NCBI GenBank assembly: GCA_964016885.1
Contig: OZ024741.1
Span: 410,254,001-410,318,000 of the forward strand
Reading direction: 5' to 3'
DNA: 64,000 nucleotides
Source: Eledone cirrhosa
Taxonomy: Eukaryota
In this document: positions 22,801-38,740 of the stretch, piece by piece
How positions within the stretch are numbered: position 1 is the stretch's first letter
How the letters are laid out: each line of letters opens with the position of its first letter
The notes under the pieces: generated by a model
Database searches by the model: none
What the model was told of the DNA's origin: nothing
Seen by the model: only the letters and a program-made list of their open reading frames with translations
Made by a program: the position numbers and the translations under genes

Positions 22801-25800
22801 TACCATCTTTAACACTTTCATTACCATATTTCTTATGTAAGACACTGTCTATGTTGTTTAATCCTTTCATTACCATATTTCTAATGTAAGACACTGTCTA
22901 TGGTGTTTAACCCTTTCATTACCATATTTCTAATGTAAGACTCTGTCTATGTTGTTTAACCCTTTCATTACCATATTTCTAATGAAAGACACTGTCTATG
23001 TTGTTTAACCCTTTCATTAGTATATTTCTAATGTAAGACTCTGTCTATGTTGTTTAACCCTTCCATTACTCTATTTCTAATGTAAGACACTGTTTATGTT
23101 GTTTAACCCTTCCATTACCATATTTTTAATGTAAGACACTGTCTATGTTGTTTAACCCTTTCATTACCATATTTCTAATGTAAGACCCTGTCTATGTTGT
23201 TTAACCCTTTCATTACCATATTTCGAATGTAAGACACTGTCTATGTTGTTTAACCCTTTCATTACCATATTTCTAATGTAAGACTCTGTCTATGTTGTTT
23301 AACCCTTTCATTACCATATTTCTAATGTAAGACACTGTCTATGTTGTTTAACCCTTTCATTACCATATTTCTAATGTAAGAGACTGTCTATGTTGTTTAA
23401 CCTTTTCACTACCCTATTTCTAATGTAAGACACTGTCTATGTTGTTTAACCCTTCCATTACCATATTTCTCAAGACTCTGTCTATGTTGGTTAACCCTTT
23501 CATTACCATATTTGTAATGTAAGACACTGTCTATGTAGTTTAACCCTTTTACTACCATATTTCTAAATAAAGACACTGTCTATGTTGTTTAACACTTTCA
23601 CTACCATATTTCTAATGTAAGACCCTGTCTATGTTGTTTAACCCTTCCATTACCATATTTCTTATGTAAGACACTGTCAATGTTGTTTAACCCTTTCACT
23701 ACAATATTTCTAATGTTAGACACTGTCTATGTTGTTTAAACCTTTCACTACAATATTTCTAATGCAAGAAACTGTCTATGTTGTTTAACCCTTCCATTAC
23801 CATATTTCTTATGTAAGACACTGTCTAAGTTGTTTAACCCTTTCATTACCATATTTCTAATGAAAGACACTGTCTATGTTGTTTAACCCTTTCATTACCT
23901 TATTTCTAACGTAAACACTCTCTATTTTGTTTAACCCTTTTCAATACCATATTTCTAATGTAAGAGACTGTCTATGTTGTTTAACCCTTTCATTACCATA
24001 TTTCTAATGTAAGAAACTGTCTATGTTTTTTAACCCTTTCATTACCATATTTCTTATGTAAGACACTGTCTATGTTGTTTAACCCTTCCATTACCATATT
24101 TCTAATGTAAGACACTGTCTATGTTGTTTAACCCTTTCATTACCATATTTCTAATGTAAGACACTGTCTATGTTGTTTAACCCTTCCATTACCATATTTC
24201 TTATGTAAGACACTGTCTATGTTGTTTAACACTTCCATTACCATATTTCTTATGTAAGACACTGTCTATGTTGTGTAACCCTTCCATTACCATATTTCTA
24301 ATGTAAGACACTGTCTATGTTGTTTAACCCTTTCACTACAATATTTCTAATGTAAGACACTGTCTATGTTGTTTAACACTTTCATTACCATATTTCTAAT
24401 GTAAGACCATGTCTATGTTGTTTAACACTTTCATTACCTTATTTATAATGTAAGACACCGTCTATGTTGTTTAACCTTTTCACTACCATCTTTAACACTT
24501 TCATTACCATATTTCTTATGTAAGACACTGTCTATGTTGTTTAATCCTTTCATTACCATATTTCTAATGTAAGACACTGTCTATGGTGTTTAACCCTTTC
24601 ATTACCATATTTCGAATGTAAGACACTGTCTATGTTGTTTAACCCTTTCATTACCATATTTCTAATGTAAGACTCTGTCTATGTTGTTTAACCCTTTCAT
24701 TACCATATTTCTAATGTAAGACACTGTCTATGTTGTTTAACCCTTTCATTAGTATATTTCTAATGTAAGACTCTGTCTATGTTGTTTAACCCTTCCATTA
24801 CTATATTTCTAATGTAAGACACTGTTTATGTTGTTTAACCCTTCCATTACCATATTTTTAATGTAAGACACTGTCTATGTTGTTTAACCCTTTCATTACC
24901 ATATTTCTAATGTAAGAGACTGTCTATGTTGTTTAACCTTTTCACTACCCTATTTCTAATGTAAGACACTGTCTATGTTGTTTAACCCTTCCATTACCAT
25001 ATTTCTCAAGACTCTGTCTATGTTGGTTAACCCTTTCATTACCATATTTCTAATGTAATACACTGTCTATGTTGTTTAACCCTTTTACTACCATATTTCT
25101 AAATAAAGACACTGTCTATGTTGTTTAACACTTTCACTACCATATTTCTAATGTAAGACCCTGTCTATGTTGTTTAACCCTTTCATTACCATATTTCTAA
25201 TGTAAGACACTGTCTATGTTGTTTAACCCTTTCATTGCCATATTTCTAATGTAAGACACTGTCTATGTTGTATAACCCTTTCACTACAATATTTCTAATA
25301 TAAGACCCTGTCTATGTTGTTTAACCCTTTCATTACCATATTTCTAATGTAAGACACTGTCTATGTTGTATAACACTTTCACTACAATATTTCTAATGTA
25401 AGACCCTGTCTATGTTGTTTAACCCTTCCATTACCATATTTCTTATGTAAGAAACTGTCTATCTTGTTTAACCCTTTCACTACAACATTTCTAATGTTAG
25501 TCACTGTCTATATTGTTTAAACCTTTCACTACAATATTTCTAATGCAAGACACTGTCTATGTTGTTTAACCCTTCCATTACCATATTTCTTATGCAAGAT
25601 ACTGTCGATGTTGTTTAACCCTTTCACTACCATATTTCTAATGTAAGACACTGTCTAAGTTGTTTAACCCTTTCATTACCATATTTCTAATGAAAGACAC
25701 TGTCTATGTTGTTTAACCCTTTCATTACCATATTTCTAACGTAAACACTCTCTATGTTGTTTAACCCTTTCAATACCATATTTCTAATGAAAGACACTGT

Positions 25801-27400
25801 CTATGTTGTTTAACCCTTTCATTACCATATTTCTAACGTAAACACTCTCTATGTTGTTTAACCCTTTCATTACCATATTTCTAACATAAACACTCTCTAA
25901 GTTGTTTAACCCTTTCATTACCATATTTCTTATGTAAGACACTGTCTATCTTGTTTAACCCTTTCACTACAACATTTCTAATGTTAGACACTGTCTATGT
26001 TGTTTAAACCTTTCACTACAATATTTCTAATGCAAGACACTGTCTATGTTGTTTAACCCTTCCATTACCATATTTCTTATGTAAGATACTGTCGATGTTG
26101 TTTAACCCTTTCACTACCATATTTCTAATGTAAGACTCTGTCTATGTTGTTTAACCCTTTCATTACCATATTTCTAATGTAAGACACTGTCTATGTTGTT
26201 TAACCCTTTCATTAGTATATTTCTAATGTAAGACTCTGTCTATGTTGTTTAACCCTTCCATTACTATATTTCTAATGTAAGACACTGTTTATGTTGTTTA
26301 ACGCTTCCATTACCATATTTTTAATGTAAGAGACTGTCTATGTTGTTTAACCCTTTCATTACCATATTTGTAATGTAAGACACTGTCTATGTTGTTTAAC
26401 CTTTTCACTACCATCTTTAACACTTTCATTACCATATTTATTATTTAAGACCCTCTCTATGTTGTTTAACCCTTTAATTACCATATTTCTACTGTAAGAC
26501 CATGTCTATGTTGTTTAACACTTTCATTACCTTATTTATAATGTAAGACACCGTCTATGTCATTTAACCTTTTCACTACCATCTTTAACACTTTCATTAC
26601 CATATTTCTTATGTAAGACACTGTCTATGTTGTTTAATCCTTTCATTACCATATTTCTAATGTAAGACACTGTCTATGGTGTTTAACCCTTTCATTACCA
26701 TATTTCTAATGTAAGACTCTGTCTATGTTGTTTAACCCTTTCATTACCATATTTCTAATGAAAGACACTGTCTATGTTGTTTAACCCTTTCATTAGTATA
26801 TTTCTAATGTAAGACTCTGTCTATGTTGTTTAACCCTTCCATTACTCTATTTCTAATGTAAGACACTGTTTATGTTGTTTAACCCTTCCATTACCATATT
26901 TTTAATGTAAGACACTGTCTATGTTGTTTAACCCTTTCATTACCATATTTCTAATGTAAGACCCTGTCTATGTTGTTTAACCCTTTCATTACCATATTTC
27001 GAATGTAAGACACTGTCTATGTTGTTTAACCCTTTCATTACCATATTTCTAATGTAAGACTCTGTCTATGTTGTTTAACCCTTTCATTACCATATTTCTA
27101 ATGTAAGACACTGTCTATGTTGTTTAACCCTTTCATTACCATATTTCTAATGTAAGAGACTGTCTATGTTGTTTAACCTTTTCACTACCCTATTTCTAAT
27201 GTAAGACACTGTCTATGTTGTTTAACCCTTCCATTACCATATTTCTCAAGACTCTGTCTATGTTGGTTAACCCTTTCATTACCATATTTGTAATGTAAGA
27301 CACTGTCTATGTAGTTTAACCCTTTTACTACCATATTTCTAAATAAAGACACTGTCTATGTTGTTTAACACTTTCACTACCATATTTCTAATGTAAGACC
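19900..27400 (+). repeat. Higher-order tandem duplication, period 3776 bp (ends approximate)
   Basis: CAAGACTCTG at 21231/25007 and 23471/27247; TTAGTCACTG at 21721/25497. Confidence 0.85.
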
Positions 27401-30400
27401 CTGTCTCTGTTGTTTAACCCTTTCATTACCATATTTCTAATGTAAGACACTGTCTATGTTGTTTAACCCTTTCAATGCCATATTTCTAATGTAAGACACT
27501 GTCTATGTTGTATAACCCTTTCACTACAATATTTCTAATATAAGACCCTGTCTATGTTGTTTAACCCTTTCATTACCATATTTCTAATGTAAGACACTGT
27601 CTATGTTGTATAACACTTTCACTACAATATTTCTAATGTAAGACCCTGTCTATGTTGTTTAACCCTTCCATTACCATATTTCTTATGTAAGACACTGTCT
27701 ATCTTGTTTAACCCTTTCACTACAACATTTCTAATGTTAGACACTGTCTATGTTGTTTAAACCTTTCACTACAATATTTCTAATGCAAGACACTGTCTAT
27801 GTTGTTTAACCCTTCCATTACCATATTTCTTATGTAAGATACTGTCGATGTTGTTTAACCCTTTCACTACCATATTTCTAATGTAAGACACTGTCTAAGT
27901 TGTTTAACCCTTTCATTACTATATTTCTAATGAAAGACACTGTCTATGTTGTTTAACCCTTTCATTACCATATTTCTAACGTAAACACTCTCTATGTTGT
28001 TTAACCCTTTCAATACCATATTTCTAATGTAAGAGACTGTCTATGTTGTATAACCCTTTCATTACCATATTTCTAATGTAAGACATTGTCTATGTTGTTT
28101 AACCTTTTCATTACCATATTTCTTATGTAAGACACTGTCTATGTTGTTTAACACTTCCATTACCATATTTGTTATGTAAGACACTGTCTATGTTGTGTAA
28201 CCCTTCCATTACCATATTTCTAATGTAAGACACTGTCTATGTTGTTTAACCCTTTCACTACAATATTTCTAATGTAAGACACTGTCTATGTTGTTTAACA
28301 CTTTCATTACCATATTTCTAATGTAAGACACTGTCTATGTTGTTTAACCCTTTCATTAGTATATTTCTAATGTAAGACTCTGTCTATGTTGTTTAACCCT
28401 TCCATTACTATATTTCTAATGTAAGACACTGTTTATGTTGTTTAACCCTTCCATTACCATATTTTTAATGTAAGACACTGTCTATGTTGTTTAACCCTTT
28501 CATTACCATATTTCTAATGTATGACCCTGTCTATGTTGTTTAACCCTTTCATTACCATATTTCTAATGTAAGACACTGTCTATGTTGTATAACACTTTCA
28601 CTACAATATTTCTAATGTAAGACCCTGTCTATGTTGTTTAACCCTTCCATTACCATATTTATTATGTAAGACACTGTCTATCTTGTTTAACCCTTTCACT
28701 ACAACATTTCTAATGTTAGACACTGTCTATGTTGTTTAAACATTTCACTACAATATTTCTAATGCAAGACACTGTCTATGTTGTTTAACCCTTACATTAC
28801 CATATTTCTTATGTAAGATACTGTCTATGTTGTGTAACCCTTCCATTACCATATTTATTATTTGAGACCCTCTCTATGTTGTTTAACCCTTTAATTACCA
28901 TATTTCTACTGTAAGACCATGTCTATGTTGTTTAACACTTTCATTACCTTATTTATAATGTAAGACACCGTCTATGTTGTTTAACCTTTTCACTACCATC
29001 TTTAACACTTTCATTACCATATTTCTTATGTAAGACACTGTCTATGTTGTTTAATCCTTTCATTATCATATTTCTAATGTAAGACACTGTCTATGGTGTT
29101 TAACCCTTTCATTACCATATTTCTAATGTAAGACTCTGTCTATGTTGTTTAACCCTTTCATTACCATATTTCTAATGTAAGACACTGTCTATGTTGTTTA
29201 ACCCTTTCATTAGTATATTTCTAATGTAAGACTCTGTCTATGTTGTTTATCCCTTCCATTACTATATTTCTAATGTAAGACACTGTTTATGTTGTTTAAC
29301 CCTTCCATTACCATATTTTTAATGTAAGACACTGTCTATGTTGTTTAACCCTTTCATTACCATATTTCTAATGTAAGACCCTGTCTATGTTGTTTAACCC
29401 TTTCATTACCATATTTCTAATGTAAGACACTGTCTATGTTGTTTAACCCTTTCATTACCATATTTCTAATGTAAGAGACTGTCTATGTTGTTTAACCTTT
29501 TCACTACCCTATTTCTAATGTAAGACACTGTCTATGTTGTTTAACCCTTCCATTACCATATTTCTCAAGACTCTGTCTATGTTGGTTAACCCTTTCATTA
29601 CCATATTTCTAATGTAATACACTGTCTATGTAGTTTAACCCTTTTACTACCATATTTCTAAATAAAGACACTGTCTATGTTGTTTAACACTTTCACTACC
29701 ATATTTCTAATGTAAGACCCTGTCTCTGTTGTTTAACCCTTTCAATACCATATTTCTAATGTAAGACACTGTCTATGTTGTTTAACCCTTTCAATGCCAT
29801 ATTTCTAATGTAAGACACTGTCTATGTTGTATAACCCTTTCACTACAATATTTCTAATATAAGACCCTGTCTATGTTGTTTAACCCTTTCATTACCATAT
29901 TTCTTATGTAAGACACTGTCAATGTTGTTTAACACTTTCACTACAATATTTCTAATGTTAGACACTGTCTATGTTGTTTAAACCTTTCACTACAATATTT
30001 CTAATGCAAGAAACTGTCTATGTTGTTTAACCCTTCCATTACCATATTTCTTATGTAAGACACTGTCTAAGTTGTTTAACCCTTTCATTACCATATTTCT
30101 AATGAAAGACACTGTCTATGTTGTTTAACCCTTTCATTAGCATATTTCTAACGTAAACACTCTCTATTTTGTTTAACCCTTTCAATACCATATTTCTAAT
30201 GTAAGAGACTGTCTATGTTGTTTAACCCTTTCATTACCATATTTCTAATGTAAGAAACTGTCTATGTTTTTTAACCCTTTCATTACCATATTTCTTATGT
30301 AAGACACTGTCTATGTTGTTTAACCCTTCCATTACCATATTTCTAATGTAAGACACTGTCTATGTTGTTTAACCCTTTCATTACCATATTTCTAATGTAA

Positions 30401-33400
30401 GACACTGTCCATGTTGTTTAACCCTTCCATTACCATATTTCTTATGTAAGACATTGTCTATGTTGTTTAACCCTTCCATTACCATATTTCTAATGTAAGA
30501 CACTGTCTATGTTGTTTAACACTTCCATTACCATATTTCTTATGTAAGACACTGTCTATGTTGTGTAACCCTTCCATTACCATATTTCTAATGTAAGACA
30601 CTGTCTATGTTGTTTAACCCTTTCACTACAATATTTCTAATGTAAGACACTGTCTATGTTGTTTAACCCTTTCATTACCATATTTCTAATGTAAGACACT
30701 GTCTATGTTGTTTAACCTTTTCACTACCATCTTTAACACTTTCATTACCATATTTATTATTTAAGACACTCTCTATGTTGTTTAACCCTTTCATTACCAT
30801 ATTTCTAATGTAAGACTCTGTCTATGTTGTTTAACCCTTTCATTACCATATTTCTAATGAAAGACACTGTCTATGTTGTTTAACCCTTTCATTAGTATAT
30901 TTCTAATGTAAGACTCTGTCTATGTTGTTTAACCCTTCCATTACTCTATTTCTAATGTAAGACACTGTTTATGTTGTTTAACCCTTCCATTACCATATTT
31001 TTAATGTAAGACACTGTCTATGTTGTTTAACCCTTTCATTACCATATTTCTAATGTAAGACCCTGTCTATGTTGTTTAACCCTTTCATTACCATATTTCG
31101 AATGTAAGACACTGTCTATGTTGTTTAACCCTTTCATTACCATATTTCTAATGTAAGACTCTGTCTATGTTGTTTAACCCTTTCATTACCATATTTCTAA
31201 TGTAAGACACTGTCTATGTTGTTTAACCCTTTCATTACCATATTTCTAATGTAAGAGACTGTCTATGTTGTTTAACCTTTTCACTACCCTATTTCTAATG
31301 TAAGACACTGTCTATGTTGTTTAACCCTTCCATTACCATATTTCTCAAGACTCTGTCTATGTTGGTTAACCCTTTCATTACCATATTTGTAATGTAAGAC
31401 ACTGTCTATGTAGTTTAACCCTTTTACTACCATATTTCTAAATAAAGACACTGTCTATGTTGTTTAACACTTTCACTACCATATTTCTAATGTAAGACCC
31501 TGTCTCTGTTGTTTAACCCTTTCATTACCATATTTCTAATGTAAGACACTGTCTATGTTGTTTAACCCTTTCAATGCCATATTTCTAATGTAAGACACTG
31601 TCTATGTTGTATAACCCTTTCACTACAATATTTCTAATATAAGACCCTGTCTATGTTGTTTAACCCTTTCATTACCATATTTCTAATGTAAGACACTGTC
31701 TATGTTGTATAACACTTTCACTACAATATTTCTAATGTAAGACCCTGTCTATGTTGTTTAACCCTTCCATTACCATATTTCTTATGTAAGACACTGTCTA
31801 TCTTGTTTAACCCTTTCACTACAACATTTCTAATGTTAGACACTGTCTATGTTGTTTAAACCTTTCACTACAATATTTCTAATGCAAGACACTGTCTATG
31901 TTGTTTAACCCTTCCATTACCATATTTCTTATGTAAGATACTGTCGATGTTGTTTAACCCTTTCACTACCATATTTCTAATGTAAGACACTGTCTAAGTT
32001 GTTTAACCCTTTCATTACTATATTTCTAATGAAAGACACTGTCTATGTTGTTTAACCCTTTCATTACCATATTTCTAACGTAAACACTCTCTATGTTGTT
32101 TAACCCTTTCAATACCATATTTCTAATGTAAGAGACTGTCTATGTTGTATAACCCTTTCATTACCATATTTCTAATGTAAGACATTGTCTATGTTGTTTA
32201 ACCTTTTCATTACCATATTTCTTATGTAAGACACTGTCTATGTTGTTTAACACTTCCATTACCATATTTGTTATGTAAGACACTGTCTATGTTGTGTAAC
32301 CCTTCCATTACCATATTTCTAATGTAAGACACTGTCTATGTTGTTTAACCCTTTCACTACAATATTTCTAATGTAAGACACTGTCTATGTTGTTTAACAC
32401 TTTCATTACCATATTTCTAATGTAAGACACTGTCTATGTTGTTTAACCCTTTCATTAGTATATTTCTAATGTAAGACTCTGTCTATGTTGTTTAACCCTT
32501 CCATTACTATATTTCTAATGTAAGACACTGTTTATGTTGTTTAACCCTTCCATTACCATATTTTTAATGTAAGACACTGTCTATGTTGTTTAACCCTTTC
32601 ATTACCATATTTCTAATGTATGACCCTGTCTATGTTGTTTAACCCTTTCATTACCATATTTCTAATGTAAGACACTGTCTAAGTTGTTTAACCCTTTCAT
32701 TACTATATTTCTAATGAAAGACACTGTCTATGTTGTTTAACCCTTTCATTACCATATTTCTAACGTAAACACTCTCTATGTTGTTTAACCCTTTCAATAC
32801 CATATTTCTAATGTAAGAGACTGTCTATGTTGTATAACCCTTTCATTACCATATTTCTAATGTAAGACATTGTCTATGTTGTTTAACCTTTTCATTACCA
32901 TATTTCTTATGTAAGACACTGTCTATGTTGTTTAACACTTCCATTACCATATTTGTTATGTAAGACACTGTCTATGTTGTGTAACCCTTCCATTACCATA
33001 TTTCTAATGTAAGACACTGTCTATGTTGTTTAACCCTTTCACTACAATATTTCTAATGTAAGACACTGTCTATGTTGTTTAACACTTTCATTACCATATT
33101 TCTAATGTAAGACACTGTCTATGTTGTTTAACCCTTTCATTAGTATATTTCTAATGTAAGACTCTGTCTATGTTGTTTAACCCTTCCATTACTATATTTC
33201 TAATGTAAGACACTGTTTATGTTGTTTAACCCTTCCATTACCATATTTTTAATGTAAGACACTGTCTATGTTGTTTAACCCTTTCATTACCATATTTCTA
33301 ATGTATGACCCTGTCTATGTTGTTTAACCCTTTCATTACCATATTTCTAATGTAAGACACTGTCTATGTTGTATAACACTTTCACTACAATATTTCTAAT

Positions 33401-36400
33401 GTAAGACCCTGTCTATGTTGTTTAACCCTTCCATTACCATATTTATTATGTAAGACACTGTCTATCTTGTTTAACCCTTTCACTACAACATTTCTAATGT
33501 TAGACACTGTCTATGTTGTTTAAACATTTCACTACAATATTTCTAATGCAAGACACTGTCTATGTTGTTTAACCCTTACATTACCATATTTCTTATGTAA
33601 GATACTGTCTATGTTGTGTAACCCTTCCATTACCATATTTATTATTTGAGACCCTCTCTATGTTGTTTAACCCTTTAATTACCATATTTCTACTGTAAGA
33701 CCATGTCTATGTTGTTTAACACTTTCATTACCTTATTTATAATGTAAGACACCGTCTATGTTGTTTAACCTTTTCACTACCATCTTTAACACTTTCATTA
33801 CCATATTTCTTATGTAAGACACTGTCTATGTTGTTTAATCCTTTCATTATCATATTTCTAATGTAAGACACTGTCTATGGTGTTTAACCCTTTCATTACC
33901 ATATTTCTAATGTAAGACTCTGTCTATGTTGTTTAACCCTTTCATTACCATATTTCTAATGTAAGACACTGTCTATGTTGTTTAACCCTTTCATTAGTAT
34001 ATTTCTAATGTAAGACTCTGTCTATGTTGTTTATCCCTTCCATTACTATATTTCTAATGTAAGACACTGTTTATGTTGTTTAACCCTTCCATTACCATAT
34101 TTTTAATGTAAGACACTGTCTATGTTGTTTAACCCTTTCATTACCATATTTCTAATGTAAGACCCTGTCTATGTTGTTTAACCCTTTCATTACCATATTT
34201 CTAATGTAAGACACTGTCTATGTTGTTTAACCCTTTCATTACCATATTTCTAATGTAAGAGACTGTCTATGTTGTTTAACCTTTTCACTACCCTATTTCT
34301 AATGTAAGACACTGTCTATGTTGTTTAACCCTTCCATTACCATATTTCTCAAGACTCTGTCTATGTTGGTTAACCCTTTCATTACCATATTTCTAATGTA
34401 ATACACTGTCTATGTAGTTTAACCCTTTTACTACCATATTTCTAAATAAAGACACTGTCTATGTTGTTTAACACTTTCACTACCATATTTCTAATGTAAG
34501 ACCCTGTCTCTGTTGTTTAACCCTTTCAATACCATATTTCTAATGTAAGACACTGTCTATGTTGTTTAACCCTTTCAATGCCATATTTCTAATGTAAGAC
34601 ACTGTCTATGTTGTATAACCCTTTCACTACAATATTTCTAATATAAGACCCTGTCTATGTTGTTTAACCCTTTCATTACCATATTTCTTATGTAAGACAC
34701 TGTCAATGTTGTTTAACACTTTCACTACAATATTTCTAATGTTAGACACTGTCTATGTTGTTTAAACCTTTCACTACAATATTTCTAATGCAAGAAACTG
34801 TCTATGTTGTTTAACCCTTCCATTACCATATTTCTTATGTAAGACACTGTCTAAGTTGTTTAACCCTTTCATTACCATATTTCTAATGAAAGACACTGTC
34901 TATGTTGTTTAACCCTTTCATTAGCATATTTCTAACGTAAACACTCTCTATTTTGTTTAACCCTTTCAATACCATATTTCTAATGTAAGAGACTGTCTAT
35001 GTTGTTTAACCCTTTCATTACCATATTTCTAATGTAAGAAACTGTCTATGTTTTTTAACCCTTTCATTACCATATTTCTTATGTAAGACACTGTCTATGT
35101 TGTTTAACCCTTCCATTACCATATTTCTAATGTAAGACACTGTCTATGTTGTTTAACCCTTTCATTACCATATTTCTAATGTAAGACACTGTCCATGTTG
35201 TTTAACCCTTCCATTACCATATTTCTTATGTAAGACACTGTCTATGTTGTTTAACCCTTCCATTACCATATTTCTAATGTAAGACACTGTCTATGTTGTT
35301 TAACACTTCCATTACCATATTTCTTATGTAAGACACTGTCTATGTTGTGTAACCCTTCCATTACCATATTTCTAATGTAAGACACTGTCTATGTTGTTTA
35401 ACCCTTTCACTACAATATTTCTAATGTAAGACACTGTCTATGTTGTTTAACCCTTTCATTACCATATTTCTAATGTAAGACACTGTCTATGTTGTTTAAC
35501 CTTTTCACTACCATCTTTAACACTTTCATTACCATATTTATTATTTAAGACACTCTCTATGTTGTTTAACCCTTTCATTACCATATTTCTAATGTAAGAC
35601 TCTGTCTATGTTGTTTAACCCTTTCATTACCATATTTCTAATGAAAGACACTGTCTATGTTGTTTAACCCTTTCATTAGTATATTTCTAATGTAAGACTC
35701 TGTCTATGTTGTTTAACCCTTCCATTACTCTATTTCTAATGTAAGACACTGTTTATGTTGTTTAACCCTTCCATTACCATATTTTTAATGTAAGACACTG
35801 TCTATGTTGTTTAACCCTTTCATTACCATATTTCTAATGTAAGACCCTGTCTATGTTGTTTAACCCTTTCATTACCATATTTCGAATGTAAGACACTGTC
35901 TATGTTGTTTAACCCTTTCATTACCATATTTCTAATGTAAGACTCTGTCTATGTTGTTTAACCCTTTCATTACCATATTTCTAATGTAAGACACTGTCTA
36001 TGTTGTTTAACCCTTTCATTACCATATTTCTAATGTAAGAGACTGTCTATGTTGTTTAACCTTTTCACTACCCTATTTCTAATGTAAGACACTGTCTATG
36101 TTGTTTAACCCTTCCATTACCATATTTCTCAAGACTCTGTCTATGTTGGTTAACCCTTTCATTACCATATTTGTAATGTAAGACACTGTCTATGTAGTTT
36201 AACCCTTTTACTACCATATTTCTAAATAAAGACACTGTCTATGTTGTTTAACACTTTCACTACCATATTTCTAATGTAAGACCCTGTCTCTGTTGTTTAA
36301 CCCTTTCATTACCATATTTCTAATGTAAGACACTGTCTATGTTGTTTAACCCTTTCAATGCCATATTTCTAATGTAAGACACTGTCTATGTTGTATAACC

Positions 36401-38740
36401 CTTTCACTACAATATTTCTAATATAAGACCCTGTCTATGTTGTTTAACCCTTTCATTACCATATTTCTAATGTAAGACACTGTCTATGTTGTATAACACT
36501 TTCACTACAATATTTCTAATGTAAGACCCTGTCTATGTTGTTTAACCCTTCCATTACCATATTTCTTATGTAAGACACTGTCTATCTTGTTTAACCCTTT
36601 CACTACAACATTTCTAATGTTAGACACTGTCTATGTTGTTTAAACCTTTCACTACAATATTTCTAATGCAAGACACTGTCTATGTTGTTTAACCCTTCCA
36701 TTACCATATTTCTTATGTAAGATACTGTCGATGTTGTTTAACCCTTTCACTACCATATTTCTAATGTAAGACACTGTCTAAGTTGTTTAACCCTTTCATT
36801 ACTATATTTCTAATGAAAGACACTGTCTATGTTGTTTAACCCTTTCATTACCATATTTCTAACGTAAACACTCTCTATGTTGTTTAACCCTTTCAATAAC
36901 ATATTTCTAATGTAAGAGACTGTCTATGTTGTATAACCCTTTCATTACCATATTTCTAATGTAAGACATTGTCTATGTTGTTTAACCTTTTCATTACCAT
37001 ATTTCTTATGTAAGACACTGTCTATGTTGTTTAACACTTCCATTACCATATTTGTTATGTAAGACACTGTCTATGTTGTGTAACCCTTCCATTACCATAT
37101 TTCTAATGTAAGACACTGTCTATGTTGTTTAACCCTTTCACTACAATATTTCTAATGTAAGACACTGTCTATGTTGTTTAACACTTTCATTACCATATTT
37201 CTAATGTAAGACACTGTCTATGTTGTTTAACCCTTTCATTAGTATATTTCTAATGTAAGACTCTGTCTATGTTGTTTAACCCTTCCATTACTATATTTCT
37301 AATGTAAGACACTGTTTATGTTGTTTAACCCTTCCATTACCATATTTTTAATGTAAGACACTGTCTATGTTGTTTAACCCTTTCATTACCATATTTCTAA
37401 TGTATGACCCTGTCTATGTTGTTTAACCCTTTCATTACCATATTTCTAATGTAAGACACTGTCTATGTTGTATAACACTTTCACTACAATATTTCTAATG
37501 TAAGACCCTGTCTATGTTGTTTAACCCTTCCATTACCATATTTATTATGTAAGACACTGTCTATCTTGTTTAACCCTTTCACTACAACATTTCTAATGTT
37601 AGACACTGTCTATGTTGTTTAAACATTTCACTACAATATTTCTAATGCAAGACACTGTCTATGTTGTTTAACCCTTACATTACCATATTTCTTATGTAAG
37701 ATACTGTCTATGTTGTGTAACCCTTCCATTACCATATTTATTATTTGAGACCCTCTCTATGTTGTTTAACCCTTTAATTACCATATTTCTACTGTAAGAC
37801 CATGTCTATGTTGTTTAACACTTTCATTACCTTATTTATAATGTAAGACACCGTCTATGTTGTTTAACCTTTTCACTACCATCTTTAACACTTTCATTAC
37901 CATATTTCTTATGTAAGACACTGTCTATGTTGTTTAATCCTTTCATTATCATATTTCTAATGTAAGACACTGTCTATGGTGTTTAACCCTTTCATTACCA
38001 TATTTCTAATGTAAGACTCTGTCTATGTTGTTTAACCCTTTCATTACCATATTTCTAATGTAAGACACTGTCTATGTTGTTTAACCCTTTCATTAGTATA
38101 TTTCTAATGTAAGACTCTGTCTATGTTGTTTATCCCTTCCATTACTATATTTCTAATGTAAGACACTGTTTATGTTGTTTAACCCTTCCATTACCATATT
38201 TTTAATGTAAGACACTGTCTATGTTGTTTAACCCTTTCATTACCATATTTCTAATGTAAGACCCTGTCTATGTTGTTTAACCCTTTCATTACCATATTTC
38301 TAATGTAAGACACTGTCTATGTTGTTTAACCCTTTCATTACCATATTTCTAATGTAAGAGACTGTCTATGTTGTTTAACCTTTTCACTACCCTATTTCTA
38401 ATGTAAGACACTGTCTATGTTGTTTAACCCTTCCATTACCATATTTCTCAAGACTCTGTCTATGTTGGTTAACCCTTTCATTACCATATTTCTAATGTAA
38501 TACACTGTCTATGTAGTTTAACCCTTTTACTACCATATTTCTAAATAAAGACACTGTCTATGTTGTTTAACACTTTCACTACCATATTTCTAATGTAAGA
38601 CCCTGTCTCTGTTGTTTAACCCTTTCAATACCATATTTCTAATGTAAGACACTGTCTATGTTGTTTAACCCTTTCAATGCCATATTTCTAATGTAAGACA
38701 CTGTCTATGTTGTATAACCCTTTCACTACAATATTTCTAA
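26690..38740 (+). repeat. Higher-order repeat, period 4099 bp, about three copies, with a nested 685-bp duplication (ends approximate)
   Basis: ATGACC marker at 28521, 32620 (+4099), 33305 (+685) and 37404 (+4099); CAAG marker at 27247/31346 and 34350/38449. Confidence 0.85.
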